Below are positions 20,661 to 30,889 of a stretch of DNA of 64,000 bases, in pieces. Position 1 is the stretch's first letter. Every line of letters starts with the position of its first letter. This DNA is from a virus (Duplodnaviria; Caudoviricetes). The stretch lies in IMG/VR virus record IMGVR_UViG_2836880742_000002, positions 24,509-88,508 of that record; one strand, written 5' to 3'. The position numbers and the translations under genes are program-made. Under the pieces are notes generated by a model that worked only from the letters and a program-made list of their open reading frames with translations, was not told the DNA's origin and did no database searches.

Positions 20661-20702
20661 TGCTCTTTATATTGTGTAGGGCTTTTGCCCTACCGGTTAA
20701 AC

Positions 20703-20987
20703 TTATCTTTTATCTATCACTAAGTAATGTTCCGCCAAGCATTTCACCCATTGTATACGATATTTCTTAGATGGATGATTCCATTCTATATCTCTTATAG
20801 CAGAAAGAATATCGGATGTGCTTTCTTTATAATATCTTGCCAATATCATCAATACATTATAGCTTTCTTGCGGTGTAAAATGTAAAGAACGTCTGTACCT
20901 CTTTGCTGTTTCATATACCCTTTTTGAGAACGATTCAACAGTCTCAAAATCTTCTTTTTTATAATTGAAAAGGTTTGTTGCTTTCAT
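20703..20987 (-). CDS. Hypothetical protein behind the repeated promoter
   Basis: ORF starts at the ATG that ends the 131-bp repeat. Confidence 0.6.
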   Translation of the reverse strand: MKATNLFNYKKEDFETVESFSKRVYETAKRYRRSLHFTPQESYNVLMILARYYKESTSDILSAIRDIEWNHPSKKYRIQWVKCLAEHYLVIDKR

Positions 20988-21115
20988 TGCTCTTGTCTTT
21001 TAATTATTAGTATTATATGTTTCTTTTATTTGATATATAAAGATACTCATTTTCAGCGAGTTAACAAAATATCTACACAAGTAATTTACTCATAATCAGA
21101 AGTTTAACTTTTGCT
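20985..21115 (-). repeat. 131-bp promoter/leader cassette, copy 1
   Basis: TTTG-N19-TATCTTTA..AAGAAACATATAATACT..AGAGCAATG; aligns with 28065-28195 and 39747-39871. Confidence 0.85.
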
Positions 21116-21189
21116 CACTTTGAGCGTAAACAGATACAAAAAAAGAGCGACTTAAAAGCCACTCTAACATCTAAAAATAAACAGAAATT

Positions 21190-21651
21190 TTATCCTATCA
21201 AATACCTATATGCTTTGAGGTATTTATTCAATCTCGCCAAATCCTTCTCCGTGATTTGCTCCAGCCGAGTAATATCCATGTTATCTTCCAAGTCGTGTAT
21301 TTTCACTTGGCGGCCAATAGGACTGAGGTATGAACGTTTAACAAAATCTTCATAGCTTTCTTCTTCATTACGGGTGACAGACAGTATCGCATCTACAATA
21401 TTACGAGGGAATCCTTCTGAAAGCAAATATTCAGGTGTGATGTTTGTATCTTCTATCGTATCGTGCAACAAAGCAACAATACGCTCATCATCGGTCTTAC
21501 AACGGTTGGACACACGAATAGGATGAAAAATATAGGCTGCTCTAGCTTTGTCTACTTGCCCTTCATGAGCTTTAGCTGCTATCTGGAGAGCTTTTTCTAA
21601 TAAAGGATTAGTAACTGTCATATTCGTATTTGGATATTTCTTTACCACCAA
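21190..21651 (-). CDS. aph1: HD-domain small alarmone hydrolase (Aph1-like)
   Basis: AHEGQ.D..YI.HP..ALLHDTIEDT..VKI.DL.DN; third gene of the MuF toxin module. Confidence 0.8.
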   Translation of the reverse strand: MVVKKYPNTNMTVTNPLLEKALQIAAKAHEGQVDKARAAYIFHPIRVSNRCKTDDERIVALLHDTIEDTNITPEYLLSEGFPRNIVDAILSVTRNEEESYEDFVKRSYLSPIGRQVKIHDLEDNMDITRLEQITEKDLARLNKYLKAYRYLIG

Positions 21652-21835
21652 GAATTACGTTGCAAATTGTTTCATTTGATTGTGGTAATTCAATCTCTTT
21701 GCGACCTCTATGTTTAAGGAATGATTTTGTTCTATCATCTTCATATACAAGCCGCACTACCGCTTCTTCAAAATCATCTAATAAATAAATGATTTCTCCG
21801 ACCTGTAGTCTTTTTTGTAGAATCTTTTGGTTCAT
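21608..21835 (-). CDS. iapK: Immunity protein of the MuF toxin (IapK-like)
   Basis: Small ORF between synthetase toxin and hydrolase; G.EIS..EY C-terminus. Confidence 0.6.
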   Translation of the reverse strand: MNQKILQKRLQVGEIIYLLDDFEEAVVRLVYEDDRTKSFLKHRGRKEIELPQSNETICNVILGGKEISKYEYDSY

Positions 21836-21859
21836 ATTTATATGTAAAGATAGTTATTT

Positions 21860-23464
21860 TTATTGGAAATGCCTATAATATTCAATTGATTTTTGAGCTA
21901 TTTTTTGCGCCTCATTGCTTGCCTTATCAAGAACGCGCCATTCTTCGTAATATTTATGTCCAAGCCCTCCTTCCATGCCGGTTTGCTCCTGTATCTCTTT
22001 CCAGCGTTTCTCGCCAAGAATGCGTTTGGCATCCTCTGGTTTTTCTTTCGCATAAATCATTCGTTCTGTATTGACCTGTATTTCTGCTGTAAGCCCATCC
22101 GAAGTTTTAATATTTACAATGTTTCCGCTATATCCCATAAAAGATTCCGGTCTTTGCCTTTTAAGCCTTAAGAACACATTCATGTCGGATAGCTCAGCTA
22201 GAACATTTTCTATCTGACCTTTGGGTACTATGATAGTAGTCCTTACAGCATCCTTTATATCGTATGGGGTTATATTTTCAGTTGTGACCTTTCTTGTGAT
22301 GGATGCAGCACTCTTGAAATTTACGGGAGTTACGAAACCTTTATTCTTGAATGCTATTCGTTCAGCAAAAGCCTGCACCTCATTACCTACTGATGATGCA
22401 CGCTTTACGACTTCCGAAACAGAACCTTCAACTGTCACTTTCTGATAGACGGATTTGTTGTCACGCAAAAAGTACGGTAAAGTGTTTCGTTTCTTTGCTT
22501 CTTTAATTCTTTCCTGATTGTCAAGCACCCACTTTTTAAATCCGTCCGGTACGTCTTTCACCTTATTCACGCTTGTAGTGTCAGTTTCACTACGCCCATC
22601 CCATTCCCAAAACTCTTCCTCCGTCTTTAGAATTGGTATCTTATAACATCTATCAAGCGGATGCCAACCAGTCCATACAAAATCTTTTGGATATTTACCT
22701 GCAAGCATGTCGCAAATATCGTGTTCAGGGTGGGTGTTGCTTAACTTGATTTCATACCCTACCACAAAATCAAACTGTTTCCAACGTTCGTTCTCTGCCG
22801 TGCGGTAGGCCATGTTGACTTCGGAAGCAGCCAAACGCAAAGAGCGGTATTCACAATCCACAGCTTTACTTGCTTTGCCAAATCTTTCCTTGTAATCCTT
22901 TTGTAATCTTGGAAAGTCAAGCAGGTATTTGGATATTCGCTTACTCAATGTAACCGCACTTGTTCCTTTCTGAATGGCGCACGATATAGCATCTTCAAGT
23001 TCTTGCTTGTACAAAGCAGACTGATTCCACAGTTTATCCGAAATAGTGAAGCCTTTGTCTGTACGGTTCTGAAATGCTTGCAGTGCGTTACTGTTAGTTT
23101 GGTAGAAGACCTTGTACTTTTCTTTGTCAATCGTAGCATCGTATGCCTGCAAGACTTTGTTTGCCAACAAGTCTTGCGCCTCGTTGCTGTTCTTCCATTC
23201 TTCGGACGTTCCGCTATAAATGATCGTATTAATGTCTTCGACAAACCGTTTTTGTAAATCCTTGATACGTTTTTTCGTTTGTGGATAGTCCGACCATTTG
23301 AACAGTTTTTCATTATCGCTCGAATAATCAGTAATTCCGATTATTCGAGCGGCCTCCAAATTCAAATCTTCATAGATGGATTCCACGAGCGTAATATACT
23401 TGGCAAGCCGAGTATTCAGTTCGCTGTATTTTCGCTTTTGATTGGGAGTTTTAGGTTTCGCCAT
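21860..23464 (-). CDS. apk2: MuF minor head protein fused to a RelA/SpoT-type (p)ppApp synthetase toxin (Apk2-like)
   Basis: MuF motifs (E.N.AY, ICD.LAG.YPK.F.W.GWHP..RC); C-terminal KS..SITRK, DAVR, GYSG, EIQV, GHKYYE. Confidence 0.8.
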   Translation of the reverse strand: MAKPKTPNQKRKYSELNTRLAKYITLVESIYEDLNLEAARIIGITDYSSDNEKLFKWSDYPQTKKRIKDLQKRFVEDINTIIYSGTSEEWKNSNEAQDLLANKVLQAYDATIDKEKYKVFYQTNSNALQAFQNRTDKGFTISDKLWNQSALYKQELEDAISCAIQKGTSAVTLSKRISKYLLDFPRLQKDYKERFGKASKAVDCEYRSLRLAASEVNMAYRTAENERWKQFDFVVGYEIKLSNTHPEHDICDMLAGKYPKDFVWTGWHPLDRCYKIPILKTEEEFWEWDGRSETDTTSVNKVKDVPDGFKKWVLDNQERIKEAKKRNTLPYFLRDNKSVYQKVTVEGSVSEVVKRASSVGNEVQAFAERIAFKNKGFVTPVNFKSAASITRKVTTENITPYDIKDAVRTTIIVPKGQIENVLAELSDMNVFLRLKRQRPESFMGYSGNIVNIKTSDGLTAEIQVNTERMIYAKEKPEDAKRILGEKRWKEIQEQTGMEGGLGHKYYEEWRVLDKASNEAQKIAQKSIEYYRHFQ

Positions 23465-23470
23465 TGTATA

Positions 23471-23833
23471 TTATTCGTTCTCAATTCTATCTGGTGCAGG
23501 CATCTCCAATAATCGAATAGCTTTGATTGTTTCTTTTCCTTCAAGAATAGCTTTACATAAGCGGTGATAACCATCTGCTATTTGCCCGACATTATCTAAT
23601 ATGATAGGGTAATCAAGTGAGCAATCGAGCACTCGTTTACACTGAAAGATAAAACTATGAAGTTGATTACACTCAAATGGTTCTGCCGTTAAATCAATAT
23701 TCCACAAAGGCATATCAAGTATAGGATATTCTTTTATCTTTGCAAAATCATAGAGAGTTTGAGCATTCCAAATCTTATTGCCACGATGATATTCGCTTTC
23801 AGCGAATGTCATATTTTCAACTTGAACTTTCAT
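23471..23833 (-). CDS. Small ParB/Srx-like protein
   Basis: YPIIL..IADGYHRL.KA motif. Confidence 0.75.
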   Translation of the reverse strand: MKVQVENMTFAESEYHRGNKIWNAQTLYDFAKIKEYPILDMPLWNIDLTAEPFECNQLHSFIFQCKRVLDCSLDYPIILDNVGQIADGYHRLCKAILEGKETIKAIRLLEMPAPDRIENE

Positions 23834-23911
23834 AAAACGGATATTTAAGCCAGTAGCGCAAGTCTGAACTTACGCTACCTTTACTTATTCTACAACTTGT
23901 CAGACAAGTTA

Positions 23912-24616
23912 TTACACAATCTCCCAATCTTCGGCAAACACATCACTAATAGACGGAACCCATGAATCGGCACGTCCTGTATTCTCATTGTAGATAAGGC
24001 ACTGGTCTGTGTAGCAAATGAATTTCCTGCCTTTCATAATAAGGTCTTTCGCTGATTGTGAAAGTGATTGCATCTTCGGGATAATATCGCTGTTGATGCG
24101 TGCAGGAACTTGCTTGACTACAAATAAACCTTTGCCGTTCCATCCATTTCTGCGAAGTGCAAATCCTGCGCATAACAAGGATATAGCTATACCAAACGGT
24201 AAATTGTTACATCCACCATTTCCGTTTTCCATTTTTGTGTAACGGATATTAAGAAGATGTTGGTAATCTTTCATAATCCCTGTTTGCGCCAAAAGCATGG
24301 CTCTTGTATCATCATCAAGTTCTTCAAATTTACTACTAAGGACAAAGTTCTTCAATCCTGAAAGCCGGCTAGACAACTCGTTTCCCTCGATAAGCATACG
24401 GTCAAGCGGCGTATCTGCTAGTTTGTAAGCGTTTTCAAACACATCTTTAGGAGACCAACTTTCATAGCCATCTTCATAACGAACATGATAACCAAACTCA
24501 GTCTCTTCATGGTTTTCAATGTCATTACCATAGGGGTTTCTACCAGTTTTTTGTACGAAGTCGCCTAATTTCATAGGTTCGGCTTCAACCTGTTTTGTTC
24601 CAATGTACTTTTTCAT
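23912..24616 (-). CDS. Three-domain anti-defence nucleotide-sponge fusion ending in DUF2829/Tad2
   Basis: N: YIGTK.V.A.PM..GY.SWSPK.VFE.AY; middle: RM..E..EL..L..F..Q...M..Y...L..R; C: RRNGWNGKG..WVPS..D..AEDW. Confidence 0.7.
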   Translation of the reverse strand: MKKYIGTKQVEAEPMKLGDFVQKTGRNPYGNDIENHEETEFGYHVRYEDGYESWSPKDVFENAYKLADTPLDRMLIEGNELSSRLSGLKNFVLSSKFEELDDDTRAMLLAQTGIMKDYQHLLNIRYTKMENGNGGCNNLPFGIAISLLCAGFALRRNGWNGKGLFVVKQVPARINSDIIPKMQSLSQSAKDLIMKGRKFICYTDQCLIYNENTGRADSWVPSISDVFAEDWEIV

Positions 24617-24632
24617 ATCTATAAAGATTTAA

Positions 24633-25232
24633 TCATTCTCCGGAAGTATATGTACCAGTAATAGCCGCGGTGCTTTCATCGTCCAAATGTGCCGTACCTG
24701 AAATGGTAGTTCCGGTAATATTCAGCTCGATGGAGGTGATTTTTGCGCCCGTTGCTCCTTTCGCGCCGTCAGCACCGTCCTTGCCTGCGGCTCCAGGCAC
24801 ACCATCTTGCCCATTTTTGCCGTTTTCACCTTTCTCACCTTTGAGGTTCTTAAACTCGAAGTTGAGATTGCCTTCTTGCAATGACACCTCAATACTCGGC
24901 ACACCAGTATTGCCATCCACGCTTGCCGTAGCTCCAGCAATAGCCTGTCCGCCATTTCCGCCTTCCGACTGTACGATTACCATTTTAGCAGCTTTGACCT
25001 GCGTCTTGCTGATGATGCGTATCATCATTCCGGCGGGCACGTCCAAATCAAACACCCGTTTTCGGCAATCGAACTCCAACCGGTCGTAAGAACTCGGCTC
25101 CATGCCGGGCATGTGACGGTAAAATGCCAAGTCGTCCGCCGTGCCGTTGTCCACCTGAATCACACACTTCCCTTTTGATGCGAAGTCGGCCACGTACAAG
25201 CCGCCCTTTTCGCTGAATAAAATACTTTCCAT
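24633..25232 (-). CDS. Collagen-repeat virion protein
   Basis: G-X-Y run [31 protein letters not shown]. Confidence 0.75.
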   Translation of the reverse strand: MESILFSEKGGLYVADFASKGKCVIQVDNGTADDLAFYRHMPGMEPSSYDRLEFDCRKRVFDLDVPAGMMIRIISKTQVKAAKMVIVQSEGGNGGQAIAGATASVDGNTGVPSIEVSLQEGNLNFEFKNLKGEKGENGKNGQDGVPGAAGKDGADGAKGATGAKITSIELNITGTTISGTAHLDDESTAAITGTYTSGE

Positions 25233-25255
25233 ATTGATGATAATTTGATTAGATG

Positions 25256-26665
25256 TTATTGTGCCCCTGTTTCAAACAAGTTGCTTATCCTGTTTTGTGA
25301 TGTGGCGACTTCTTCTTTCTGTATCTGTTCCAATGTCGATTGCGCATCGTTAGAATATCCGGCCTGCCCGATGGACTCTAGTTGCGACATGATGGGCTTG
25401 CCCCCGTTCAGCTTGAGCAAGCGGTCAGCCACCGCATCCTCGTCCTGCTGAATGAAGGGCGTGATGACGTTTTCCACTTCTACGTTGTCCACCTCACGAG
25501 CCCATGCTTTGTTCATGTGTTTCACATACTCTTTCACCACGCTTGCTTCCCTATCGAAGAACTCGATCCAAGTGCCGCTCTCGTCGCCCACTTTCAGATG
25601 TGCGTCCGTTAGCAGCATCTGCCGGGCATCGTATCCGATGTTGCCCAAGGACATCATGTTGTCGAACGACACGTCGGGCATTTGTGCCTGCATCCAGTAG
25701 AACTTCAGCAGGGTGTCCACGTGGTATTTCAGTGCTTCGATGGATTGCGACCAAGAGACGTATGAAACATCGCCATTGTTCTCCACACGGTACACCCTAC
25801 GGCTTTCGCCTTTCATTTCGTTTCCTTTTATTTCACCTGCGATTTTCAATACCGGTGCCGCGTTGTAGGCTATCACGTCGGAGTTGCGCGACAGGGTGTA
25901 TTCCAGTTCTTCACGGATGCGGGTCAATCCCCAGTAGATAGGAACAGGTCGGAAAGCGTATACTCCGGGAATTTTTAGCAGTTTTATTTCCTCGGAATTG
26001 GCAACCGATGTCCACCCTTCGCCCTCCTGCTTCCACTTGTAATACCGCTCGGCCGTGTAAGTCTCGAATATCGTCACTTCCTTGTCCTTGACTTTTTTCT
26101 TATACTCAAAGGACATAGCCAGCATATCGTCTAATTCGTTGAATAACGGATAGAGTTTCACGCCATCCATCGGTGAATAGGTCTTGCACTTCAGCTTATA
26201 CTGGCTAGGAAATCCGTACAACGTGTTGGGCTTCTTCACCACGTACCAGATGGTGAACACCTCGCAAGAGGCGAAATAAGCCGTGCCGCGCCGGATGTTC
26301 TCGCTATCAACGCGTGCATACTTGTAAATGGCTTCAATGGCCTTGGCTATCTGTTGCCGCGTTTCATTGCCTTCAATGTTATGGTAAATGCGCTTGACTG
26401 GGATGGCGAACATAAATTCCGTCATGCGCTTGGTGAGAAGTTTCTCCAAACCGACATAGATGCGTGCGGCTTTACCTATCAGATTGCCGTCTTTGTCGTA
26501 TTTGTCCTTACGCTCCACATGGTCTGTTATAATATCATGTAAAGTGGGTTCGTAGGATTTAATCAGACAATCCCAAGATGGAACATCAACAGACTTTTCT
26601 TTCAAATCGTTGATGATGTTATCAGCAGACCTATTGCTGTCTAATATAGCGGTGATTTCGTCCAT
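25256..26665 (-). CDS. Portal protein (SPP1 gp6-like)
   Basis: 469 aa after TerL; S.NSD..YN..P.L, SY..W motifs. Confidence 0.85.
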   Translation of the reverse strand: MDEITAILDSNRSADNIINDLKEKSVDVPSWDCLIKSYEPTLHDIITDHVERKDKYDKDGNLIGKAARIYVGLEKLLTKRMTEFMFAIPVKRIYHNIEGNETRQQIAKAIEAIYKYARVDSENIRRGTAYFASCEVFTIWYVVKKPNTLYGFPSQYKLKCKTYSPMDGVKLYPLFNELDDMLAMSFEYKKKVKDKEVTIFETYTAERYYKWKQEGEGWTSVANSEEIKLLKIPGVYAFRPVPIYWGLTRIREELEYTLSRNSDVIAYNAAPVLKIAGEIKGNEMKGESRRVYRVENNGDVSYVSWSQSIEALKYHVDTLLKFYWMQAQMPDVSFDNMMSLGNIGYDARQMLLTDAHLKVGDESGTWIEFFDREASVVKEYVKHMNKAWAREVDNVEVENVITPFIQQDEDAVADRLLKLNGGKPIMSQLESIGQAGYSNDAQSTLEQIQKEEVATSQNRISNLFETGAQ

Positions 26666-26675
26666 AGACTAGTAT

Positions 26676-26718
26676 CGTACTCCTTCATACGGTGATGGTT
26701 ATAACTTCTGCAAAGTTA
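26676..26718 (-). promoter_or_regulatory. Portal promoter -7 box (TAACTTTG, 26711-26718) plus T-GAAG-NN-R hairpin (26676-26691)
   Basis: CGTA-TGAAGGAG-TACG. Confidence 0.55.
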
Positions 26719-26816
26719 TAAATTTCGATTGAATAACAATCGTTTTTATAAAAAAGAAAACGCAACTATCAAAGTAATTGCGTTATTATAATATTATAAG
26801 TTTTATCCGTCAAATT

Positions 26817-27146
26817 CTACCATAAAGCAATCTTTCCGGCATTTCCTAAATCAAGGGTTGCTGTAGTTATTCCGAGTGCTTTAAAAATTTTCCTCATAGA
26901 TGTAAGGGTTATACTCTTGCCTTTTTCAAATTTTGATATTTGTGCCCTTTGCACGCCAATCTTCTCACCCAATTGCTCTTGAGTGAGTTTCTGAGCAAGA
27001 CGCGCATTCCGTATAGCTTCTCCTACAAAGTAATTTTCTACTTCTTCTTTGAGCTGGGCTTCTACTGCGTCACGTTCAGGCGTACCTACCTTTCCAAATA
27101 GTTCGTCCTTGTAATCATCGAAAGAATGTAAATTCATCTGTGCCAT
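26817..27146 (-). CDS. higA: HigA-like XRE antitoxin
   Basis: LTQEQLGEKIGVQRAQISK.E HTH, downstream of the toxin. Confidence 0.85.
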   Translation of the reverse strand: MAQMNLHSFDDYKDELFGKVGTPERDAVEAQLKEEVENYFVGEAIRNARLAQKLTQEQLGEKIGVQRAQISKFEKGKSITLTSMRKIFKALGITTATLDLGNAGKIALW

Positions 27147-27152
27147 ATTATA

Positions 27153-27521
27153 CTACTTATTTTTATCCTTCTTACTGAAATATTCCTTTCTTATCGCTTC
27201 CGCTCTTTCTATCTCCTTATCCGGTGTCTTCTGGGTCTTTTTGATAATCCCATGCGTTGCGATTATCAAAGCATCAATGTCTGTATCCCAAAATGTGAAC
27301 AGTCGGTATTTTATCCCGTTAAACAACGTACGAAGTTCCCAGATGTTACTTCCTTCCAACTTCTTGTAAACTTCATTATCCATTACACCTTGTTCTACTT
27401 TCATGACATTGTATGCTATCTTTTTTTGAGCCTGAACTGAAAGAGATTTTAGAAAAGCATCTGCTTCATCAGTCATTATAACTTTTGGATGTTTCCTCAT
27501 CGTTTTTAGTTTATAGTGCAA
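27153..27521 (-). CDS. higB: HigB/RelE (Gp49-like) toxin
   Basis: IWELR..YRL..THG..KKTQKTP..EI..A. Confidence 0.85.
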   Translation of the reverse strand: MHYKLKTMRKHPKVIMTDEADAFLKSLSVQAQKKIAYNVMKVEQGVMDNEVYKKLEGSNIWELRTLFNGIKYRLFTFWDTDIDALIIATHGIIKKTQKTPDKEIERAEAIRKEYFSKKDKNK

Positions 27522-27591
27522 AGATAGTAATTTGTTTCTAAAAAGCGATACAACCGCGTCTAAAATCTATTTTTACCTTATATAGCACTGT

Positions 27592-27915
27592 TCAAAAATC
27601 ACAAGCGTATGTATATTGCAGCTTCAGATTATCTAACGCTTTTTCTGTAACAAGGTACGCATATTGTCCGTCACTACCTATACGCTTGATAGAACGTGTT
27701 TCTTTAAGAACAACAGGTTTATTGAAGATAATTTCATACCTGTTCCCACAACTCATTATCAGAAAATCAACGCTACGTTTATATTTGTCCAGTTCTGTTT
27801 CTTTGTATTCGCCTTTAGAAATGAAATCAGGATTAGGTACCAAATAGCCTTCCGCTACCAATTCTCCATTTTGATTATATACTTTCATCATATAAGGTTT
27901 TAATAACAGATGCAA
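27592..27915 (-). CDS. Hypothetical protein (true start probably about 27891)
   Basis: ORF in the cassette between TerL and portal. Confidence 0.55.
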   Translation of the reverse strand: MHLLLKPYMMKVYNQNGELVAEGYLVPNPDFISKGEYKETELDKYKRSVDFLIMSCGNRYEIIFNKPVVLKETRSIKRIGSDGQYAYLVTEKALDNLKLQYTYACDF

Positions 27916-28067
27916 ACCAAGTACCTTACCGCTTTAGACAAGCTGTAATCTGAATGATATTCAATGTATAAATGGTAATTACGTTCAATTGACTTCTTTG
28001 CCTCAGATTTATTACAACCGATTTTAACAGCTTTTGCCAACAACTGTTCTTTAGTATAAGTTTTCAT
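27900..28067 (-). CDS. 55-aa hypothetical protein (not in the ORF track)
   Basis: MKTYTKEQLLAKAVKIG..VCICY*, begins at the ATG ending repeat copy 2. Confidence 0.6.
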   Translation of the reverse strand: MKTYTKEQLLAKAVKIGCNKSEAKKSIERNYHLYIEYHSDYSLSKAVRYLVCICY

Positions 28068-28195
28068 TACTCTCGACTTTTAATTGTTAGTATTATATGT
28101 TTCTTTAATTTGATATGTAAAGTTACTCATTTTTAGCGTATTAGCCAAATATCCACATCGCTAAATTATTTATAATCAGAAGTTTAACTTTTGCT
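28065..28195 (-). repeat. 131-bp promoter/leader cassette, copy 2
   Basis: Colinear with 20985-21115. Confidence 0.85.
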
Positions 28196-28324
28196 TACTA
28201 TTGATGTGGACAGGCACAAAAATGCTCCGACTTTCACAAGCCAGAGCACATAGAGCAATGAAAACTGCATACTAAAAGAAACAATAATACAGCTTTCGAT
28301 ACAAAGTTATAGTAAATCTTTGAA

Positions 28325-29836
28325 TTACAAGAAATCTCGAAGCAATTCTTCATCACTGATATAGTCAAAATCATGTGGATAAAATGTGTTTGCCAATGCG
28401 TCCATATAGTCAGGAGACCGCTTGATTCGTTTCTTGATTTCTTCCTTCGGTTCAATAATAATCCGACCGTCGCTTTGGAATTTCCAATGCGTTTCGGTAG
28501 CTTCTTCCATGAGCTTATCACAAGGAGGCAAAGCCGCACCAAATCCATTTTTGGGATTTAGCCAGTCACGCAATGACCAATAACAATAAGCACGCATATT
28601 GGCAAATTCATATTGACCTGTTATATCATGCAGCCCTCTCGCTCCTTCCGAATACTTGCAAGAATAGGCATTCTTATACCCAAGTTCCTCCAAACGGGAA
28701 TACACTCCTGCACCTTCGCCGATGGTATCAATGAAAGCCTTTGCGTTCTCATCTGAGAGATACGAAATGTGCATCCCTGCCACGTGCATGTGGTCAGCCT
28801 TGCCAGCCGATTGGTGAACTTCAAATTTAGGTACATAATTGCCATATCGAGGACACACCACACTATCATCACGTCCCATACCTGCAACGTCAGAGCCAAG
28901 CCTACATGATTTTGTAGGAGTAAAGTCTTCTTCCTGGAGACGATGCCAATTTTCGTTGGCTATCTCTATCCACTCGTATGGGATAAGTACGTCTTCCGAC
29001 ACTTTCGGGAACATGCCAAGCACTTTGACACGGAAAAGGTCGTTCGGACGATACAAACAGCCTTCCCACTTGAAATCTCCTTCCCCCGCATTGAAATCTG
29101 CTTGTTGAATGGGAGAGCACCAGTTTATTACCTTATCTTTTACCCATTCATAGTTGACTTGCCCGGGAATTATCAACTGCTTGCTGACTACGTTTTCCGC
29201 ATTCAACGAGTTAAGTCTGAACTTGGCAAAGCGGTCAGACTTCATCGCACGTGCCGCATAGCCGGTAGTGATGTTGGGATTGAACACAATAAGTAGCCGG
29301 GAGTTTCCCTGCAAATTGCCTTCAATCGCATTATAGATGGTTTCGGATATACCGGACGCTTCAGTAACTACAAACATGGTGTTCACGGCATGGAATCCAG
29401 ACCACGCCTCCATGTTGTCGTCACCACTCTTAAAACCCGTCAAAAACCATTCATAATAATTAGTTCGGATTCCTGAAGACAACAAACGACCGGGCAAAAT
29501 ACCTGCATTACGAAATAAACGGGAAACTTCCGGTATCATAATATCCTTGACCTGACGACCTGAAGGTGCAGTCATTGCAATCTTGGTATTTTTTACCAAC
29601 TTACCATCTTTCCAACGAGGAGTAAGGTACATGAAACACATGGCTGCACAAGCTGCGATATAGTCCTTTCCCCTTGATGTACCACTGGCTACAGCTGTCA
29701 TAGGATTATGCTGGACAGAGTGAAGGATAGCCTGTTGTTCCTTATCCAGCCTTGCATGGAGAACGTCATGTGCGAACTTGCACCAGTCCTCCCGCCATGC
29801 CTTCATGTATCGTATGGCCTTGTCTACCTTGCTCAT
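28325..29836 (-). CDS. terL: Terminase large subunit
   Basis: Walker A GTSRGKD, Walker B VVTEA, NP coupling motif, G.DVA..G.D and SPD..DA nuclease motifs. Confidence 0.92.
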   Translation of the reverse strand: MSKVDKAIRYMKAWREDWCKFAHDVLHARLDKEQQAILHSVQHNPMTAVASGTSRGKDYIAACAAMCFMYLTPRWKDGKLVKNTKIAMTAPSGRQVKDIMIPEVSRLFRNAGILPGRLLSSGIRTNYYEWFLTGFKSGDDNMEAWSGFHAVNTMFVVTEASGISETIYNAIEGNLQGNSRLLIVFNPNITTGYAARAMKSDRFAKFRLNSLNAENVVSKQLIIPGQVNYEWVKDKVINWCSPIQQADFNAGEGDFKWEGCLYRPNDLFRVKVLGMFPKVSEDVLIPYEWIEIANENWHRLQEEDFTPTKSCRLGSDVAGMGRDDSVVCPRYGNYVPKFEVHQSAGKADHMHVAGMHISYLSDENAKAFIDTIGEGAGVYSRLEELGYKNAYSCKYSEGARGLHDITGQYEFANMRAYCYWSLRDWLNPKNGFGAALPPCDKLMEEATETHWKFQSDGRIIIEPKEEIKKRIKRSPDYMDALANTFYPHDFDYISDEELLRDFL

Positions 29837-30249
29837 TTTTCATCATCCGGCAATTCCTGCATTAGTTTTTCAAATGGATTAATCGTAATATCTTGCTCTA
29901 TTTTCTCTGTATATCCACGGTCTCTCATCTTGGTCTTACTAAGCCAAATAAGCATAGTGTTATCCTGTTCTGTAATGGCCTTCGTAAACATGACTGTTTC
30001 GAGTTTGTCTTTGAAAGATTCTTCCACTTCCTCCCATTGCTTGCGAAATTCTTCATCCTTTTCTCTCCACTTATATGCAAGAGTACGAGATATTCCGGCA
30101 GCTTCACACGCTTTTGTTACATTCAACAGTCTTGCATCAAGCGCATTAAGAAAAATCTCTTTCTTTTTCTTTACAGGAATCCTAAATTTCTGTGCCATCT
30201 TTATTTCCCTCCAATACGTTATTAACAATTTCCAGCATCTTGCAAACAC
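29833..30249 (-). CDS. terS: Terminase small subunit (probable start MAQK about 30198)
   Basis: NVT.AC...GISR...Y.W HTH, I...KT..RGY.E. Confidence 0.85.
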   Translation of the reverse strand: MFARCWKLLITYWREIKMAQKFRIPVKKKKEIFLNALDARLLNVTKACEAAGISRTLAYKWREKDEEFRKQWEEVEESFKDKLETVMFTKAITEQDNTMLIWLSKTKMRDRGYTEKIEQDITINPFEKLMQELPDDEK

Positions 30250-30886
30250 TCAATGCCTGTGCCTTGATTTTATACTTGGCTTGTACTTTAGCACTTACTT
30301 CGTTTAATCTGCGCATTGTTTCTATGTCTAACAAAGTAAGATTTCCAAGTTCCTTTTCGGAATAGCACTCTAGCGTCTCCATGAGTTTATCAAACGACAC
30401 TTTCTGGGTATCGACAAACATTAAAGTAACCGGAACAACTTCATTATTAGGCATTTCAACCGTATAGTTAATGTCCCTCACGCTTTCTAATACTTCATTG
30501 CTGATATGGGCGTATTCCTTTAATGCCACATCTGTTATTTCATCAAGAAGTTGCTTTAAGACCTCTGCATCGTCCTGTCCGACAATACTGTTGTGGCTCA
30601 ACTGTGTTGCCAACAACCAATCATTAGACGTATCAGACTCGTCAATATACATTACATGGATAGATGTCAGTCCTGCCATCTTCGCAGCCTGTGTCCTATG
30701 GTTGCCACTGACAACCGTATATGTTCCATCCTCATGCTTTACGCAGAACGGAACAGAGGATAATTGCCCATCTCTACGAATATTATTCACAAGTGCGTTA
30801 AACGTATCATTACTCATAAAATGAGCATTCTTCTTGATAAGTTTAATGTCAGAAAGCTGAACTTCTGCTATTTTGAATTTCTCCAT
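30182..30886 (-). CDS. ParB-like protein linked to DNA modification/packaging
   Basis: L..NI..DG.L..VVSGNHR..AA..AG ParB motif. Confidence 0.85.
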   Translation of the reverse strand: MEKFKIAEVQLSDIKLIKKNAHFMSNDTFNALVNNIRRDGQLSSVPFCVKHEDGTYTVVSGNHRTQAAKMAGLTSIHVMYIDESDTSNDWLLATQLSHNSIVGQDDAEVLKQLLDEITDVALKEYAHISNEVLESVRDINYTVEMPNNEVVPVTLMFVDTQKVSFDKLMETLECYSEKELGNLTLLDIETMRRLNEVSAKVQAKYKIKAQALSVCKMLEIVNNVLEGNKDGTEI

Positions 30887-30889
30887 TGT

